From assembly GCA_043786935.1 (NCBI GenBank), contig JAYVVP010000121.1, positions 1-35,151 on the forward strand: DNA of 35,151 bases, written 5' to 3'. Under the pieces are notes generated by a model, which was not told where the DNA came from, ran no database searches, and saw only the letters and a list, made by a program, of their open reading frames with translations. The translations under genes and the position numbers were made by a program. Origin of the DNA: Pseudanabaena sp. (lineage in GTDB: Bacteria; Cyanobacteriota; Cyanobacteriia; Pseudanabaenales; Pseudanabaenaceae). How positions within the stretch are numbered: position 1 is the stretch's first letter; the number at the start of each line of letters is the position of its first letter. Positions 18,661 through 28,480 of the stretch are shown piece by piece.

Positions 18661-19494
18661 ATGAGTTACGATCCTTTGCTCGAACTAACAGGTAATATTC
18701 TTTTGGTAGATGATCTACCAGAAAACTTACAACTTCTTAGCGAGTTAGTACTTAAACTTGGCTACACCGTTCGCAGCGTTACGAGTGGACGGATGGCGAT
18801 TAAAACAGCAAAGGTGAAACGACCAGATCTTATTCTCTTAGATATTAAGATGCCAGACATGGATGGCTATCAGGTTTGTCAGGCTTTTAAAGCTGATCAA
18901 GATTTGAAAGATATACCTGTGATTTTTATCAGCGCCTTAGATGATGTTTTGGACAAAGTAAAGGCTTTTTGGGCGGGTGGAGTCGATTATATTGTGAAAC
19001 CTTTCCAACGCGAAGAGGTTGCAGTGCGAATAGAAAACCAACTAACTATTCAACGACAGAAACGCTGTTTACAAGATGAGATTTCTAGACGTAAAGAAAC
19101 TGAAGAAATGTTATATCAGTCTAGAGCTTTAGTTACTAGTGTTTTAAATAGTGTCCAAGATGGAATTGCTGCTGTGCAAGCAGTACGCGATCCAACAACA
19201 GGCGAGATTATAGATTTTCGTTGCCTTGTGCTGAATCCTATTGTCTCCAAAATCTTTGATCGCGGTCGTGAGGATTTAATTGGCAAATTAGTGCTAAGAA
19301 GATTTCTGGAGAAATTTAACCCAATACTGCTTAAGCAATTAATTAATGTAGTTGAAACAGGGATTCCGCTAGATCAAGAAGTATATTATCCGTCAGAACC
19401 TATTGGCTGGTATCAAGTGATTGCAGTCAAGTTAGGAGATGGTTTTACAGTGACCATACGCTACATTAAAATCAAAAAACAAGTCGATTCCTGA
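18661..19494 (+). CDS. Response regulator, REC plus PAS-like domain, no output domain
   Basis: LVDD, LLDIKMP and KPF receiver motifs, then a coiled linker and a PAS-like region ending KLGDGFTVTIR. Starts 3 bp after the kinase stop. Confidence 0.88.
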   Translation: MSYDPLLELTGNILLVDDLPENLQLLSELVLKLGYTVRSVTSGRMAIKTAKVKRPDLILLDIKMPDMDGYQVCQAFKADQDLKDIPVIFISALDDVLDKVKAFWAGGVDYIVKPFQREEVAVRIENQLTIQRQKRCLQDEISRRKETEEMLYQSRALVTSVLNSVQDGIAAVQAVRDPTTGEIIDFRCLVLNPIVSKIFDRGREDLIGKLVLRRFLEKFNPILLKQLINVVETGIPLDQEVYYPSEPIGWYQVIAVKLGDGFTVTIRYIKIKKQVDS

Positions 19495-19556
19495 TTAGTG
19501 GTTTGTAAGTTAAGATAGCATCATCAGCTTATTTTCGTTTTTGCTAATCACAAGCT

Positions 19557-20786
19557 ATGAAAACTCTACGCCCTCTGCTCAAATTGACTCTCAAATTGAC
19601 TATTGGCGCGATCGCTTTAACAATCGGAAGTTGTTCCTCGCCCGAAACTAACCTCGCTACTACTCCTATTGTGGCGCAACCTTCGCCATTGCCAATAGCT
19701 AAATCGCCAACAGCTAAAAATAATAACCTCCCGACTAGCTTCAAGAAAGTTACCGTAGTTCAAGGGTTAGAAAGACCTTGGGGAATGGCGTGTCTGCCTG
19801 ATGGAGCCATCTTAATTACAGAGCGATTTGGCAGAGTTCAAATTCTGCGAAATGGAGTGCTTGAACAAGTAGCGATCGCTAAAATTCCTAATTTGTTTGT
19901 ATCTGGACAAGCAGGTTTGATGGATATTTCACTACATCCACGATTTGCAGAAAATCGTTTAGTTTATTTTACCTATTCCGCTGGGGATTCCCAATCGAAT
20001 CACACCAGTATTTTGAGAGCGAAATTTGATGGAAAGGCTCTTATTGATTCGCAAGTGATTTTTGAAGTAACTCCCTCAAAATCTAGCAATCAACATTTTG
20101 GTTCGCGGCTCACTTGGCTACCAGATCAAACGCTGTTAGTAGCGATCGGTGATGGTGGTAACGCACCATTAGAACTAAATGGCGAATTGATTCGTACGCA
20201 AGCTCAGAAGCTAGATAGTCAACTTGGTAAAGTCTTGCGTCTTAAGGATGATGGGTCAATCCCTAATGATAATCCTTTTCTAAAATCAGCTAATGTCAAT
20301 CCCGCAATCTGGAGCTACGGACATCGCAATATTCAAGGATTATTTGCTGATCCAACATCGGGACAAGTATGGGCAACCGAGCATGGCGCTCGCGGTGGTG
20401 ATGAAGTCAACTTAGTCGAAGCTGGTAAAAACTATGGCTGGCCAATCGTAACTTATAGCCAAGAATATTTTGGTGGAGACATCTCTAATGAGAAATCCCG
20501 CCCAGATATGATCAATCCAACGATTGTCTGGACTCCTTCGATCGCGCCTTCAGGTTTAGTTTTATATCGTGGCGATCGCTTTCCTAATTGGCAAGGCAAT
20601 CTTTTTGCAGGTGCTTTAGTATCCAAAGAAGTTGTTCGCATCAAAATAGACAATAACAAAACCATAATTCAAGAATCTATTCCCATTGGGCAAAGGGTGC
20701 GTGATGTACGTCAAGGGAAAGATGGATTAATTTACATTCTTACTGATGAAAAAAATGGTCAATTAATTCGACTCGAACCACAATAA
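19557..20786 (+). CDS. PQQ-dependent soluble sugar dehydrogenase (glucose/sorbosone, YliI/GdhB family), probable lipoprotein
   Basis: Lipobox-like IGSC, GLERPWGM, HFGSR, YGHRNIQG, EHGARGGDEVN, NYGWP and RVRDV. Confidence 0.92.
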   Translation: MKTLRPLLKLTLKLTIGAIALTIGSCSSPETNLATTPIVAQPSPLPIAKSPTAKNNNLPTSFKKVTVVQGLERPWGMACLPDGAILITERFGRVQILRNGVLEQVAIAKIPNLFVSGQAGLMDISLHPRFAENRLVYFTYSAGDSQSNHTSILRAKFDGKALIDSQVIFEVTPSKSSNQHFGSRLTWLPDQTLLVAIGDGGNAPLELNGELIRTQAQKLDSQLGKVLRLKDDGSIPNDNPFLKSANVNPAIWSYGHRNIQGLFADPTSGQVWATEHGARGGDEVNLVEAGKNYGWPIVTYSQEYFGGDISNEKSRPDMINPTIVWTPSIAPSGLVLYRGDRFPNWQGNLFAGALVSKEVVRIKIDNNKTIIQESIPIGQRVRDVRQGKDGLIYILTDEKNGQLIRLEPQ

Positions 20787-20829
20787 TCTAAACTCGAATA
20801 ATTAATTGGGGAGTGAAATACCGTCTTTT

Positions 20830-22836
20830 TTATTCGGGTTTTTTACCTACAGAATAGTTAATTGCGTAGCTCCAACTTAACAAGCGTAGCCACAGACGTG
20901 GGTTACTAGGTTCTAACCAAGTTTGACAGTTACGAATAAGCAGGGGCAACCATGCGCCTAAAAGAGCATTGGATAAAGAATTACGAGTGAATGAACCGTA
21001 ACTACACAGCCATTTCAACAGATCCTTTGTACCTGCCATTTCGACAATCCAGAAAATGAGACGGGGATTTTTAAATGCGGCGACCAGAGCGAGGCGATTA
21101 AACATAAGCCAACTGAGACGATCTTTGATGAAGCGATCGCTAACTGTTTGCGGTTCATCAGCAAGTAAGCCAAAAAAAGTATTTAGCATCGAGTTAACAC
21201 GTTCGGGCGGTAAATATTTTCCTGTGGGAACCATCATTCCTTTAGAAAATAGCCATGTGACGGCAATGTTGCTTTGATAGGCATTAATTTGATTGAGATC
21301 ATCCACTTTGAGCAAATCATGCTTGAGTGCTGTGTCAAGTAAAGTTGCTAGACGGGGCAAGTTACGAACTAGTGAGCCAAAGCCCGTAAACACAAGTGGG
21401 GATTGTAATGAAGCCGCATCACCGATCGCTAAAATCCGATCAAACGCACATTTTTTAGAATTCTCATTGAGGCTGTAATGTCCCGTAATGTAACCAAAAG
21501 TTGCCTTCTTCCAGACCAGTTTATCCAGATCACAACGGCGATATTCAGGCAGAATCGTAAAGAAATCTTCATACAATTCTAGTAATGACCCTGCGTTCTC
21601 TGGATGAACTTGATGATAGTGGAATAGATAAATAGTTAGTTCTTTCTCTTCAGCAGGAAAGAGTTCCCAAATTAATTGTCGTCCACGGGAGATATCACCA
21701 TGACTAAATAAAACGTCGCCATACTGTGAGTCCCATACAGTTTGATCAAGTCCTTCTAACACGGCTCCAACCGTCGGACAGACACTATCAAAGGCTTGTC
21801 CATCGTTAATCTGTTGAGCGATCGCTGAAGCCGAACCCATCGCATCAATTACTAATCTTGTCTGAATAGTAACGGGTTCACCTGTTTCTAAGTTTTTGGC
21901 ATATACTACTGCGCTCTGTTCGCTAATAATCACTTTCTCAAACTCAGTGCGATCGCAAATCACTGCACCATATTTATGTAATTTTTTGCTGCAAATCTCT
22001 AACAAGCAATTAGTATTGATGGCGATATTTAGCACTGTAGGAGTATGCAAGACATTTGATTTTAGGTCTGGTGGATTGTTACCATCAAAAAACTTATTAA
22101 ATCCATCCACATATTCAGCCGTAATCATGCTCTCAAATTCTTCTTTGGTGAATAGTCCAAAGTCAATCAAATTTTGAAATTCAGCCCGAGATATATTCCA
22201 TTCACGATTCATGCGTCCAAAAGGAATCCGCTCCACTAGACAAACGCGATAGCCCAATTTTGCCATCATCGCCGCATGGATAGCACCTAACGCACCACCC
22301 AGATAAACAATGTCATATTCCAAATCCTGCTTTACAAGACTTGATTGGGAGTCGCGAAATATTACTTGTTTAGGAGTTTCAGTTGATTTTACACTTTCAC
22401 GCCAACGCTTTTCCCACCAATAGACTCGATTGAGGTCATATTCGCCATTGGGAATGCGCTGAAAAAACTTGACAGTGAGGGGATATTCCTGAGCTAATGC
22501 CTCAAAAATTGATTGATCAGGCGCGATCGCAGGAGGCTGTTTAAATTCATAAGGAAAAGCTTGACGAACCGACTTAGTCAAGTGATCGAGAAACTCTTTC
22601 TCGCCATCCATTACTTCATCCGACCAGCGGAATACTTTGAGGTAAGTCGTGCGCTGTAATGTCCAGAGAAATATCGATAACTGCGCGATCGTACCAGAGC
22701 GATTTTGGCGATCAAGAATAAAACCATGCTTTGCAGCGGATTTTCCCCCAAAGGGAGATTGGTACTCAGACTGGAGCCATGTCTTCACGGCTGCAACTTG
22801 AGGTGTAGGGATCTCGATGTAAAGTAACTGCTGCAT
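20830..22836 (-). CDS. cruA: CruA-type lycopene cyclase (flavin-dependent)
   Basis: 668 aa with FAD-binding DIVYLGGALG, REWNISR, SVCPTVG, QLIWELFP and GDAASLQSPLVFTGFGS. The N-terminal extension and length fit CruA better than the shorter CruP. Confidence 0.8.
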   Translation of the reverse strand: MQQLLYIEIPTPQVAAVKTWLQSEYQSPFGGKSAAKHGFILDRQNRSGTIAQLSIFLWTLQRTTYLKVFRWSDEVMDGEKEFLDHLTKSVRQAFPYEFKQPPAIAPDQSIFEALAQEYPLTVKFFQRIPNGEYDLNRVYWWEKRWRESVKSTETPKQVIFRDSQSSLVKQDLEYDIVYLGGALGAIHAAMMAKLGYRVCLVERIPFGRMNREWNISRAEFQNLIDFGLFTKEEFESMITAEYVDGFNKFFDGNNPPDLKSNVLHTPTVLNIAINTNCLLEICSKKLHKYGAVICDRTEFEKVIISEQSAVVYAKNLETGEPVTIQTRLVIDAMGSASAIAQQINDGQAFDSVCPTVGAVLEGLDQTVWDSQYGDVLFSHGDISRGRQLIWELFPAEEKELTIYLFHYHQVHPENAGSLLELYEDFFTILPEYRRCDLDKLVWKKATFGYITGHYSLNENSKKCAFDRILAIGDAASLQSPLVFTGFGSLVRNLPRLATLLDTALKHDLLKVDDLNQINAYQSNIAVTWLFSKGMMVPTGKYLPPERVNSMLNTFFGLLADEPQTVSDRFIKDRLSWLMFNRLALVAAFKNPRLIFWIVEMAGTKDLLKWLCSYGSFTRNSLSNALLGAWLPLLIRNCQTWLEPSNPRLWLRLLSWSYAINYSVGKKPE

Positions 22837-22888
22837 GGCTAAATCAATATCTTCAGTGTTCTAATTTTGGCATATATCGTGATTTGAA

Positions 22889-23557
22889 TCAGATTCGCAA
22901 GTTTTCTAACTGCGTAATCCACTGATTAAAATGCGGACATTTTTCTCTAATACTTGCCAAACCAATTTTCTGTACTATCAAAGACCCAGCAGATACTTTT
23001 TCGTAAGTAGGAACAAATTGAAAAATTCTTTTAGAAGGAGCGGTATTTGCACCTTGGTTAATTAGTTCAGGAGAAGAAAAACTATGACAAACATTTGATA
23101 ATTCTTGAATTTCTTGCTCATACTCAGGAAATCTTTCTGATAATTTTTCTGGTTGGACAAGAATTAAGGTTTCAAATTCATGCAATTGAATATAGGGTAT
23201 AAACCTTCGATCATCAATATCGTCGAAAAAAGCCTTTTCAAGGCATTCAATTTTTTGATAATACTCTAATTTCTTAGCTTCATCAAATTTTGGAAAATCA
23301 TTCGGTAATGCGTATAAATCTAACATGGTTGTAAATCTTGCATCCTCAGATTTATCTTGCTTTAACCAGAGAATGATATCCCTTTTTACTTTTTCATAAC
23401 TAGTTAATCCTCCTCGATACACTTTGTTTTTAGTACGTTTAGTTGTAATGCTATGTACAGATATAGAAATATTAAAATATCCTAAGTGTTCAGCTAAAGT
23501 TGTATTTACAAATTCTTCTTCTGTCTGACCTTCTGCAATAACATGTAAACGAATCAT
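22889..23557 (-). CDS. DUF4276-type protein with TOPRIM-like fold (putative nuclease)
   Basis: N-terminal VIAEGQTEEEF, TTMLDLYALP, YIQLHEFE, PELIN..APSKRI and CPHFNQW. The ATG overlaps the TGA of the upstream ATPase. Confidence 0.8.
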   Translation of the reverse strand: MIRLHVIAEGQTEEEFVNTTLAEHLGYFNISISVHSITTKRTKNKVYRGGLTSYEKVKRDIILWLKQDKSEDARFTTMLDLYALPNDFPKFDEAKKLEYYQKIECLEKAFFDDIDDRRFIPYIQLHEFETLILVQPEKLSERFPEYEQEIQELSNVCHSFSSPELINQGANTAPSKRIFQFVPTYEKVSAGSLIVQKIGLASIREKCPHFNQWITQLENLRI

Positions 23558-24654
23558 CAGCTAGGTCTCCCACCGATAACATTTTTATTCCATAGTTCAG
23601 ATAATGAGTATTCTTCTAGCCAATCTTCCAGATCTGCCTCAACTAATCTGTTAAAAGAAGATTCTCGGTCATTTCTTTCAACAACAATAATATCTTCTGG
23701 CTCAAAACAATCCACTAATAACGGTGATTGAGTCGCTAAAACTACTTGGCAACGATTAGAAACACTATTAATTAAGCTACCAATAATATTAATCGCATAG
23801 GGATGTAATCCTAGTTCTGGCTCATCTAAAATCAAAACATCAGGCAGACTATCAGGAGGTTGGAGCAAAAGAGTTACTAAAGCCATTACTCTTAATGTCC
23901 CATCTGATGCTTGGTCAGGGCTAAAAAGTAACCCACTACCTTTTTCTGCCCATTGTAGAAGCAAGGGACTATCTCCACCTGAAAATAAGAAATCTCCGAA
24001 AAATGGAGCAATTTGTCTAATTGTTTCTACAATTCTTTGATAATAACGAGGCTCTTTTTCTCTAATTCTTAGAAGAAAAGGTGCTAAGTTCCCAGCATCT
24101 TCTTTAAGATAGTAATTGTCATTGATACTTGATCTGTTTTTGATACTTGCAGTTTCTGTTGTATCGTGAAATTGATACACATTAAGAGATTGCATCAGAC
24201 TATAGATATCTTTAGCCTCTTGATTATATAGTTTGATATCAAGTAGTTTTGATTCTTTATGTCCTGCATCTAGAGAATTCCAATCTACCCAACGCTTGAC
24301 TGTGTTCTGAGAAAAGCGGTATTTCTCTTCAGCAAATATAAATGTGTCTGACGCTGCATGAAAAAGCCTAAGAGAATAATCGTTTTTGCCAGAGTTAGAC
24401 TCAAAGTTAAGTTCGGCTTCAATTTGTGGAGTAACTGCGGCTCCATCAAACAAGAAAGAGTCTGCTCCACCTGATCTAGCTACAAAAAATTGTAATTGCC
24501 CCGAGGGTTTCATCATCCAATTTAGCAACTTAAAAAAAGAAATAAAATTAGATTTACCTGAACCATTCGCGCCAATTAGAACGTTGATGGGAGATAAATC
24601 TAAATCTAATTCTTTAATTGATTTATAGCCTTTAATGCTGATATGTTTAAGCAT
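23557..24654 (-). CDS. AAA_21/ABC-type ATPase (soluble, SMC/OLD-like)
   Basis: IKGYKSI, Walker A GANGSGKSN, signature SDGTLR, Walker B LILDEPELGLHP, and ATQSP. Confidence 0.9.
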   Translation of the reverse strand: MLKHISIKGYKSIKELDLDLSPINVLIGANGSGKSNFISFFKLLNWMMKPSGQLQFFVARSGGADSFLFDGAAVTPQIEAELNFESNSGKNDYSLRLFHAASDTFIFAEEKYRFSQNTVKRWVDWNSLDAGHKESKLLDIKLYNQEAKDIYSLMQSLNVYQFHDTTETASIKNRSSINDNYYLKEDAGNLAPFLLRIREKEPRYYQRIVETIRQIAPFFGDFLFSGGDSPLLLQWAEKGSGLLFSPDQASDGTLRVMALVTLLLQPPDSLPDVLILDEPELGLHPYAINIIGSLINSVSNRCQVVLATQSPLLVDCFEPEDIIVVERNDRESSFNRLVEADLEDWLEEYSLSELWNKNVIGGRPS

Positions 24655-24675
24655 GACTATCGCTCAATTTTACAC

Positions 24676-25998
24676 TTAGGGTTTAACAATCAAAATGCCA
24701 TAAGCATCGGGATTGAGGTACTTACGAACTGCGGCTTGGATATCTTCTTTAGTGATTGCCTTAATCAAATCAGGATAATTTAAAGCAGGTTCTAGCGAAC
24801 CGACAATGCGATCATAGTAGCCGTAAATACCTGCACGTTCTTTCGGCGATTCGTTGCCAAATATAAAGCGATTACTGACCTGAGTCCGAATCTTGGCTAG
24901 CTCTTCATCAGTAACGGGAGTTTCATGCAATTTAAGAATATGTTCACGAATTACTTGCTCAACGATCGCTATATCTTCCACATTCAACTTCGCAAATACT
25001 TGGAAAGTTCCTTGCCAACGCATTGCCGAATTACTGACCGAAATGCGATCAACAATACGCCGATTTTCGCGTAAGTCTTGTACCATTCGTGAAGTGCGCC
25101 CACTACCAAGAATATTCGCAAGAATACTTAATGGATAAGTTTCCGCCAGTTCTACTAATCCAGGCACGCGCCAAGACATACTAAGTCTTGCTTGCTTCAG
25201 GCTAGTATCAATTACTTCGCGACGCACAATTGAATCAAAAGGGAGTTCGGAAGTAAAAGTACAAGAGGTCGGTTTAGAGGCGATCGCATCTCCCTTAAAA
25301 TAGTCAGCAATCACGCCAATCATTTCCGATACGGACAAATTACCGACAACCGCAATTGTCATGTTTTGCGGCGCATACCATTTGCGATGGAAAGATAACA
25401 TTTGTTCCGAAGTTACTGTGGAAACAACATCTACAGGACCTAGCACAGGACGGCGATAGGGTAACTGCTCATAAATCATTTCAGAAATATGACGATAGAT
25501 ACGGCGATCAGGATTGTCTTCACTACGTCTTATTTCTTCCAGCACCACATGACGTTCGCGCTGAAATTCTTCATCGGGAATACTTGCTTTGAGAACAACG
25601 TCTAGTTGCAAAGGAGCGAGCTTAGCAAAATCTTGGGGAGCAACATTAATATAAAAATGTGTATAGTCTTGACTGGTCGCAGCATTAGTATTGCCACCAT
25701 GAGACTCGATCGCTTGTTCAAATTCTCCTAAGCCAAGGCGATCACTACCCTTAAACACCATATGTTCTAAGAAATGCGCCATACCGTTGATGTCGTCGCT
25801 CTCTACAGCAGAGCCAACATTAACCCAAATGCTAAGGTTAACTGCATCCACTGGAATCTGTTCGGCAATGATTCTCACCCCATTTGGGAGAGTATGTTGA
25901 GTAGGCGCAGTTGAACTTGTAGGAATAGTAGCTTGATCAAGTTCGGCTTGATCAAAAGCAGCTACATCTAACCGACACGGAATGACGATCGCTGGCAT
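24676..25998 (-). CDS. M16 (pitrilysin/insulinase family) zinc peptidase
   Basis: Inverted zinc motif HFLEH, NAATSQDYT, ERHVVLEE and GRTSR. Confidence 0.92.
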   Translation of the reverse strand: MPAIVIPCRLDVAAFDQAELDQATIPTSSTAPTQHTLPNGVRIIAEQIPVDAVNLSIWVNVGSAVESDDINGMAHFLEHMVFKGSDRLGLGEFEQAIESHGGNTNAATSQDYTHFYINVAPQDFAKLAPLQLDVVLKASIPDEEFQRERHVVLEEIRRSEDNPDRRIYRHISEMIYEQLPYRRPVLGPVDVVSTVTSEQMLSFHRKWYAPQNMTIAVVGNLSVSEMIGVIADYFKGDAIASKPTSCTFTSELPFDSIVRREVIDTSLKQARLSMSWRVPGLVELAETYPLSILANILGSGRTSRMVQDLRENRRIVDRISVSNSAMRWQGTFQVFAKLNVEDIAIVEQVIREHILKLHETPVTDEELAKIRTQVSNRFIFGNESPKERAGIYGYYDRIVGSLEPALNYPDLIKAITKEDIQAAVRKYLNPDAYGILIVKP

Positions 25999-26121
25999 GG
26001 CAAATTTAAGGGTTTTACTAAAGTTTTACTAAATTTTTTGTTTGTTATAGTTGCTGCCATTCATTGTGAGAAGAGTCAAAGAAATTAAACACCTTGTTTC
26101 TCAGACTTGGGCTTAAAAAAT

Positions 26122-27147
26122 TTATAATTTTTCGAGAGCCTGCAATTTGTAATAAGCTTCTCGCAATGGCAAGCTAGAAGTATCTTCTAGCATAGCAGCA
26201 AAATCATAAGACACTTGGTAAGCAAAGCGTGCTTTTGGCAGATTTCCAAAAGATAAGTACAAATCACCTAAATATCGCTGCACGATTGACGCTGTTTCAC
26301 GATCGCCCATGATCAAAGCCAAGCTAGAACGATTTTGCAACAAATCCTCGATCCGATGGAAATTAGGAACTTCGAGATATGCTGCAATCAGGCGATCGCT
26401 AGCGACTGCCATCAGCGCATAGTTACGATATTGACGAGCGATCGTTAGAGCCATCCCATAGTCAGTAATCGCTGATTTGTAATTATCTAGAGCCATCAAA
26501 CTATCGCCACTATTGACGTAGACATAGCCCTCCCCGATCGATTCGTAGATTGGATACTCTTTAATTGATGCGTAATAAAGCTTGATCGCAGCAAGATGGT
26601 TGCCATAGCGACTTGCAATTAACCCTTTATTATTTAAAGCGATCGCTGTATTCAACCCTTGATCATTTTGAATGGCAAGATCAAGTGTTTGCTTATTCAA
26701 TTTCGCAGCCGATTCTAATTTATTTTGAGCAATCTCAAAACTTACCAGATTATTTGAGCTTTGTAACTTAGCCCCGTTATCCTTCAATGTATTGGCATAG
26801 CCTAGTCGCTGACGAAGTGTATCTTGAGCCGCATTGCTGCCTCCCATCAGTTCATAGGCATCACTTACTCGTGCCAAAGTATAGGAAATAGCGGCTTGGT
26901 CATTAACGCGACGGTAATGACCGATCGCATAGAGCCAAGTTTTAATCGCCTCGCGTGGCTTTCCATCTTTGAGTTGACCATCACCTAGATCAAACAAGCG
27001 ATCAGCTTCATCTCGTACTGATCGATTTTCTAAACTAACAGTTGTTTGTGCTTGAGTCGGCATTGGGACAATGATTGCCCCCACAAGAGCCGCTAAGATC
27101 ATCGCTCCAAGATTAGCAACTGATATTCTCTGACGTTTTCTAGACAT
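26122..27147 (-). CDS. Exported tetratricopeptide-repeat protein
   Basis: Signal peptide ending TQA and TPR-like helical repeats (ALNNKGLIA, YVNSGDSL, YLGDLYLSFGN). ATG at 27147 preferred over 27180. Confidence 0.78.
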   Translation of the reverse strand: MSRKRQRISVANLGAMILAALVGAIIVPMPTQAQTTVSLENRSVRDEADRLFDLGDGQLKDGKPREAIKTWLYAIGHYRRVNDQAAISYTLARVSDAYELMGGSNAAQDTLRQRLGYANTLKDNGAKLQSSNNLVSFEIAQNKLESAAKLNKQTLDLAIQNDQGLNTAIALNNKGLIASRYGNHLAAIKLYYASIKEYPIYESIGEGYVYVNSGDSLMALDNYKSAITDYGMALTIARQYRNYALMAVASDRLIAAYLEVPNFHRIEDLLQNRSSLALIMGDRETASIVQRYLGDLYLSFGNLPKARFAYQVSYDFAAMLEDTSSLPLREAYYKLQALEKL

Positions 27148-27268
27148 AGCCCTACAATCCTCACCAAAAGGTGCACACATTGTAGCGACATAAAAGCAAT
27201 TTTTTATAGAATATTTCTGACAATTTCTGACATTACAGGGCTTTAGGCTAAAATATACTCAAAATTTT

Positions 27269-28480
27269 TTAAGTAACGCTCAAAACTAAGCCTTTAAGAT
27301 ATGCACCTTCAGCATGAAAAATGCTAGTGGGATGATCAGCAGGATGGGTCAAATGATGTAAAACTTGAATCGTCCTGCCAGACTCGATCGCTGCGGCAGT
27401 AACTGCACCTGTAAAATTCTCTACATTTACCACCTGCGAACAAGAGAACGTAAATAACATCCCCCCACTTTTTAATTTAGATAAAGCCTGTAAGTTCAAT
27501 TTTTTATAGGCTTGCATTGCTGAATGTCGCGCTGACAAGTTCTTCGCAAAAGCAGGCGGATCAAGCACGATCGCTTCATAATCTTGATCACATTCTTTAA
27601 GAAAATTAAATACATCTCCCGTAAAAGAAGTATGCCTCGCCTGACCTTCAAGATCACAATTTGCAGAAATATTCCGATCTGTCCATTCCATCGCTTTCAC
27701 AGAACTATCAATCGAATGTACTTCTTTTGCACCCCCTGCTAGTGCATAAACTGAAAATCCACCCGAATAGCAGAAAGTATTTAAAACCTTTTTACCTTGA
27801 GCATATTGCCCAAACAAACGCCGATTTTCACGTTGATCTAAGAAAAAACCTGTCTTTTGTCCTCTTTCCCAATCCACAATAAAGCGATGCCCATATTCTA
27901 ATATTTCGGCATTTATCTCTGCATTATCACTAGAGCGATCGCCAATTAAAAAAGCATCCTGCGACTGAGTTTGTGATCCCCGCGATAGGGTTGCTGCACT
28001 TTTGTCATAAACCGACTCTAAGCGATCACCATAAATCTCCTTAAGTATCTCTGCAATCTCCTGACGATAACGATATGTTCCTAGAGAATGGCATTGCAAA
28101 ACCGCATTACTACCATAAATATCAATAATTAATCCTGCTAAACCATCACCTTCCGAATTAATCAAACGGTAGCAATTTGTGTCTGGATTATCAATCAATC
28201 CTAATTTTTTTCTCAGAATAAAAGCTTGCTTAAGGCGATCGCTCAATAATTGTTGAATCGTCTCAACAGGCTGAAACGATAATACTTTGATCGCGATGCT
28301 GCCCATACCCCAGAGACCAATCGCTAAAAACTTGCCATCTTCGCTATAGGCTTCAATCAAATCGCCATCACTAATTTCTCCTTGAACTTTGGCGATCGCG
28401 CCCGAAAAGATCCAAGGATGGAACCGCTGAACCGCATCGACTTTTTTACGATGAATAATCGCACGGGGCAACGATAACAT
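27269..28480 (-). CDS. rlmI: 23S rRNA m5C1962 methyltransferase, RlmI family
   Basis: PUA-like HPWIFSGAI, SEGDGLAG, GQKTGFFLDQREN, LNTFCYSGGF, LDPPAF, FSCS and YLKG. ATG at 28480 preferred over 28522. Confidence 0.88.
   Translation of the reverse strand: MLSLPRAIIHRKKVDAVQRFHPWIFSGAIAKVQGEISDGDLIEAYSEDGKFLAIGLWGMGSIAIKVLSFQPVETIQQLLSDRLKQAFILRKKLGLIDNPDTNCYRLINSEGDGLAGLIIDIYGSNAVLQCHSLGTYRYRQEIAEILKEIYGDRLESVYDKSAATLSRGSQTQSQDAFLIGDRSSDNAEINAEILEYGHRFIVDWERGQKTGFFLDQRENRRLFGQYAQGKKVLNTFCYSGGFSVYALAGGAKEVHSIDSSVKAMEWTDRNISANCDLEGQARHTSFTGDVFNFLKECDQDYEAIVLDPPAFAKNLSARHSAMQAYKKLNLQALSKLKSGGMLFTFSCSQVVNVENFTGAVTAAAIESGRTIQVLHHLTHPADHPTSIFHAEGAYLKGLVLSVT

Noticed and set aside
22837-24675. IS element or prophage carrying the ATPase cassette
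   Set aside because: No transposase, integrase, terminal inverted repeats or clear target-site duplication was seen at the flanks.
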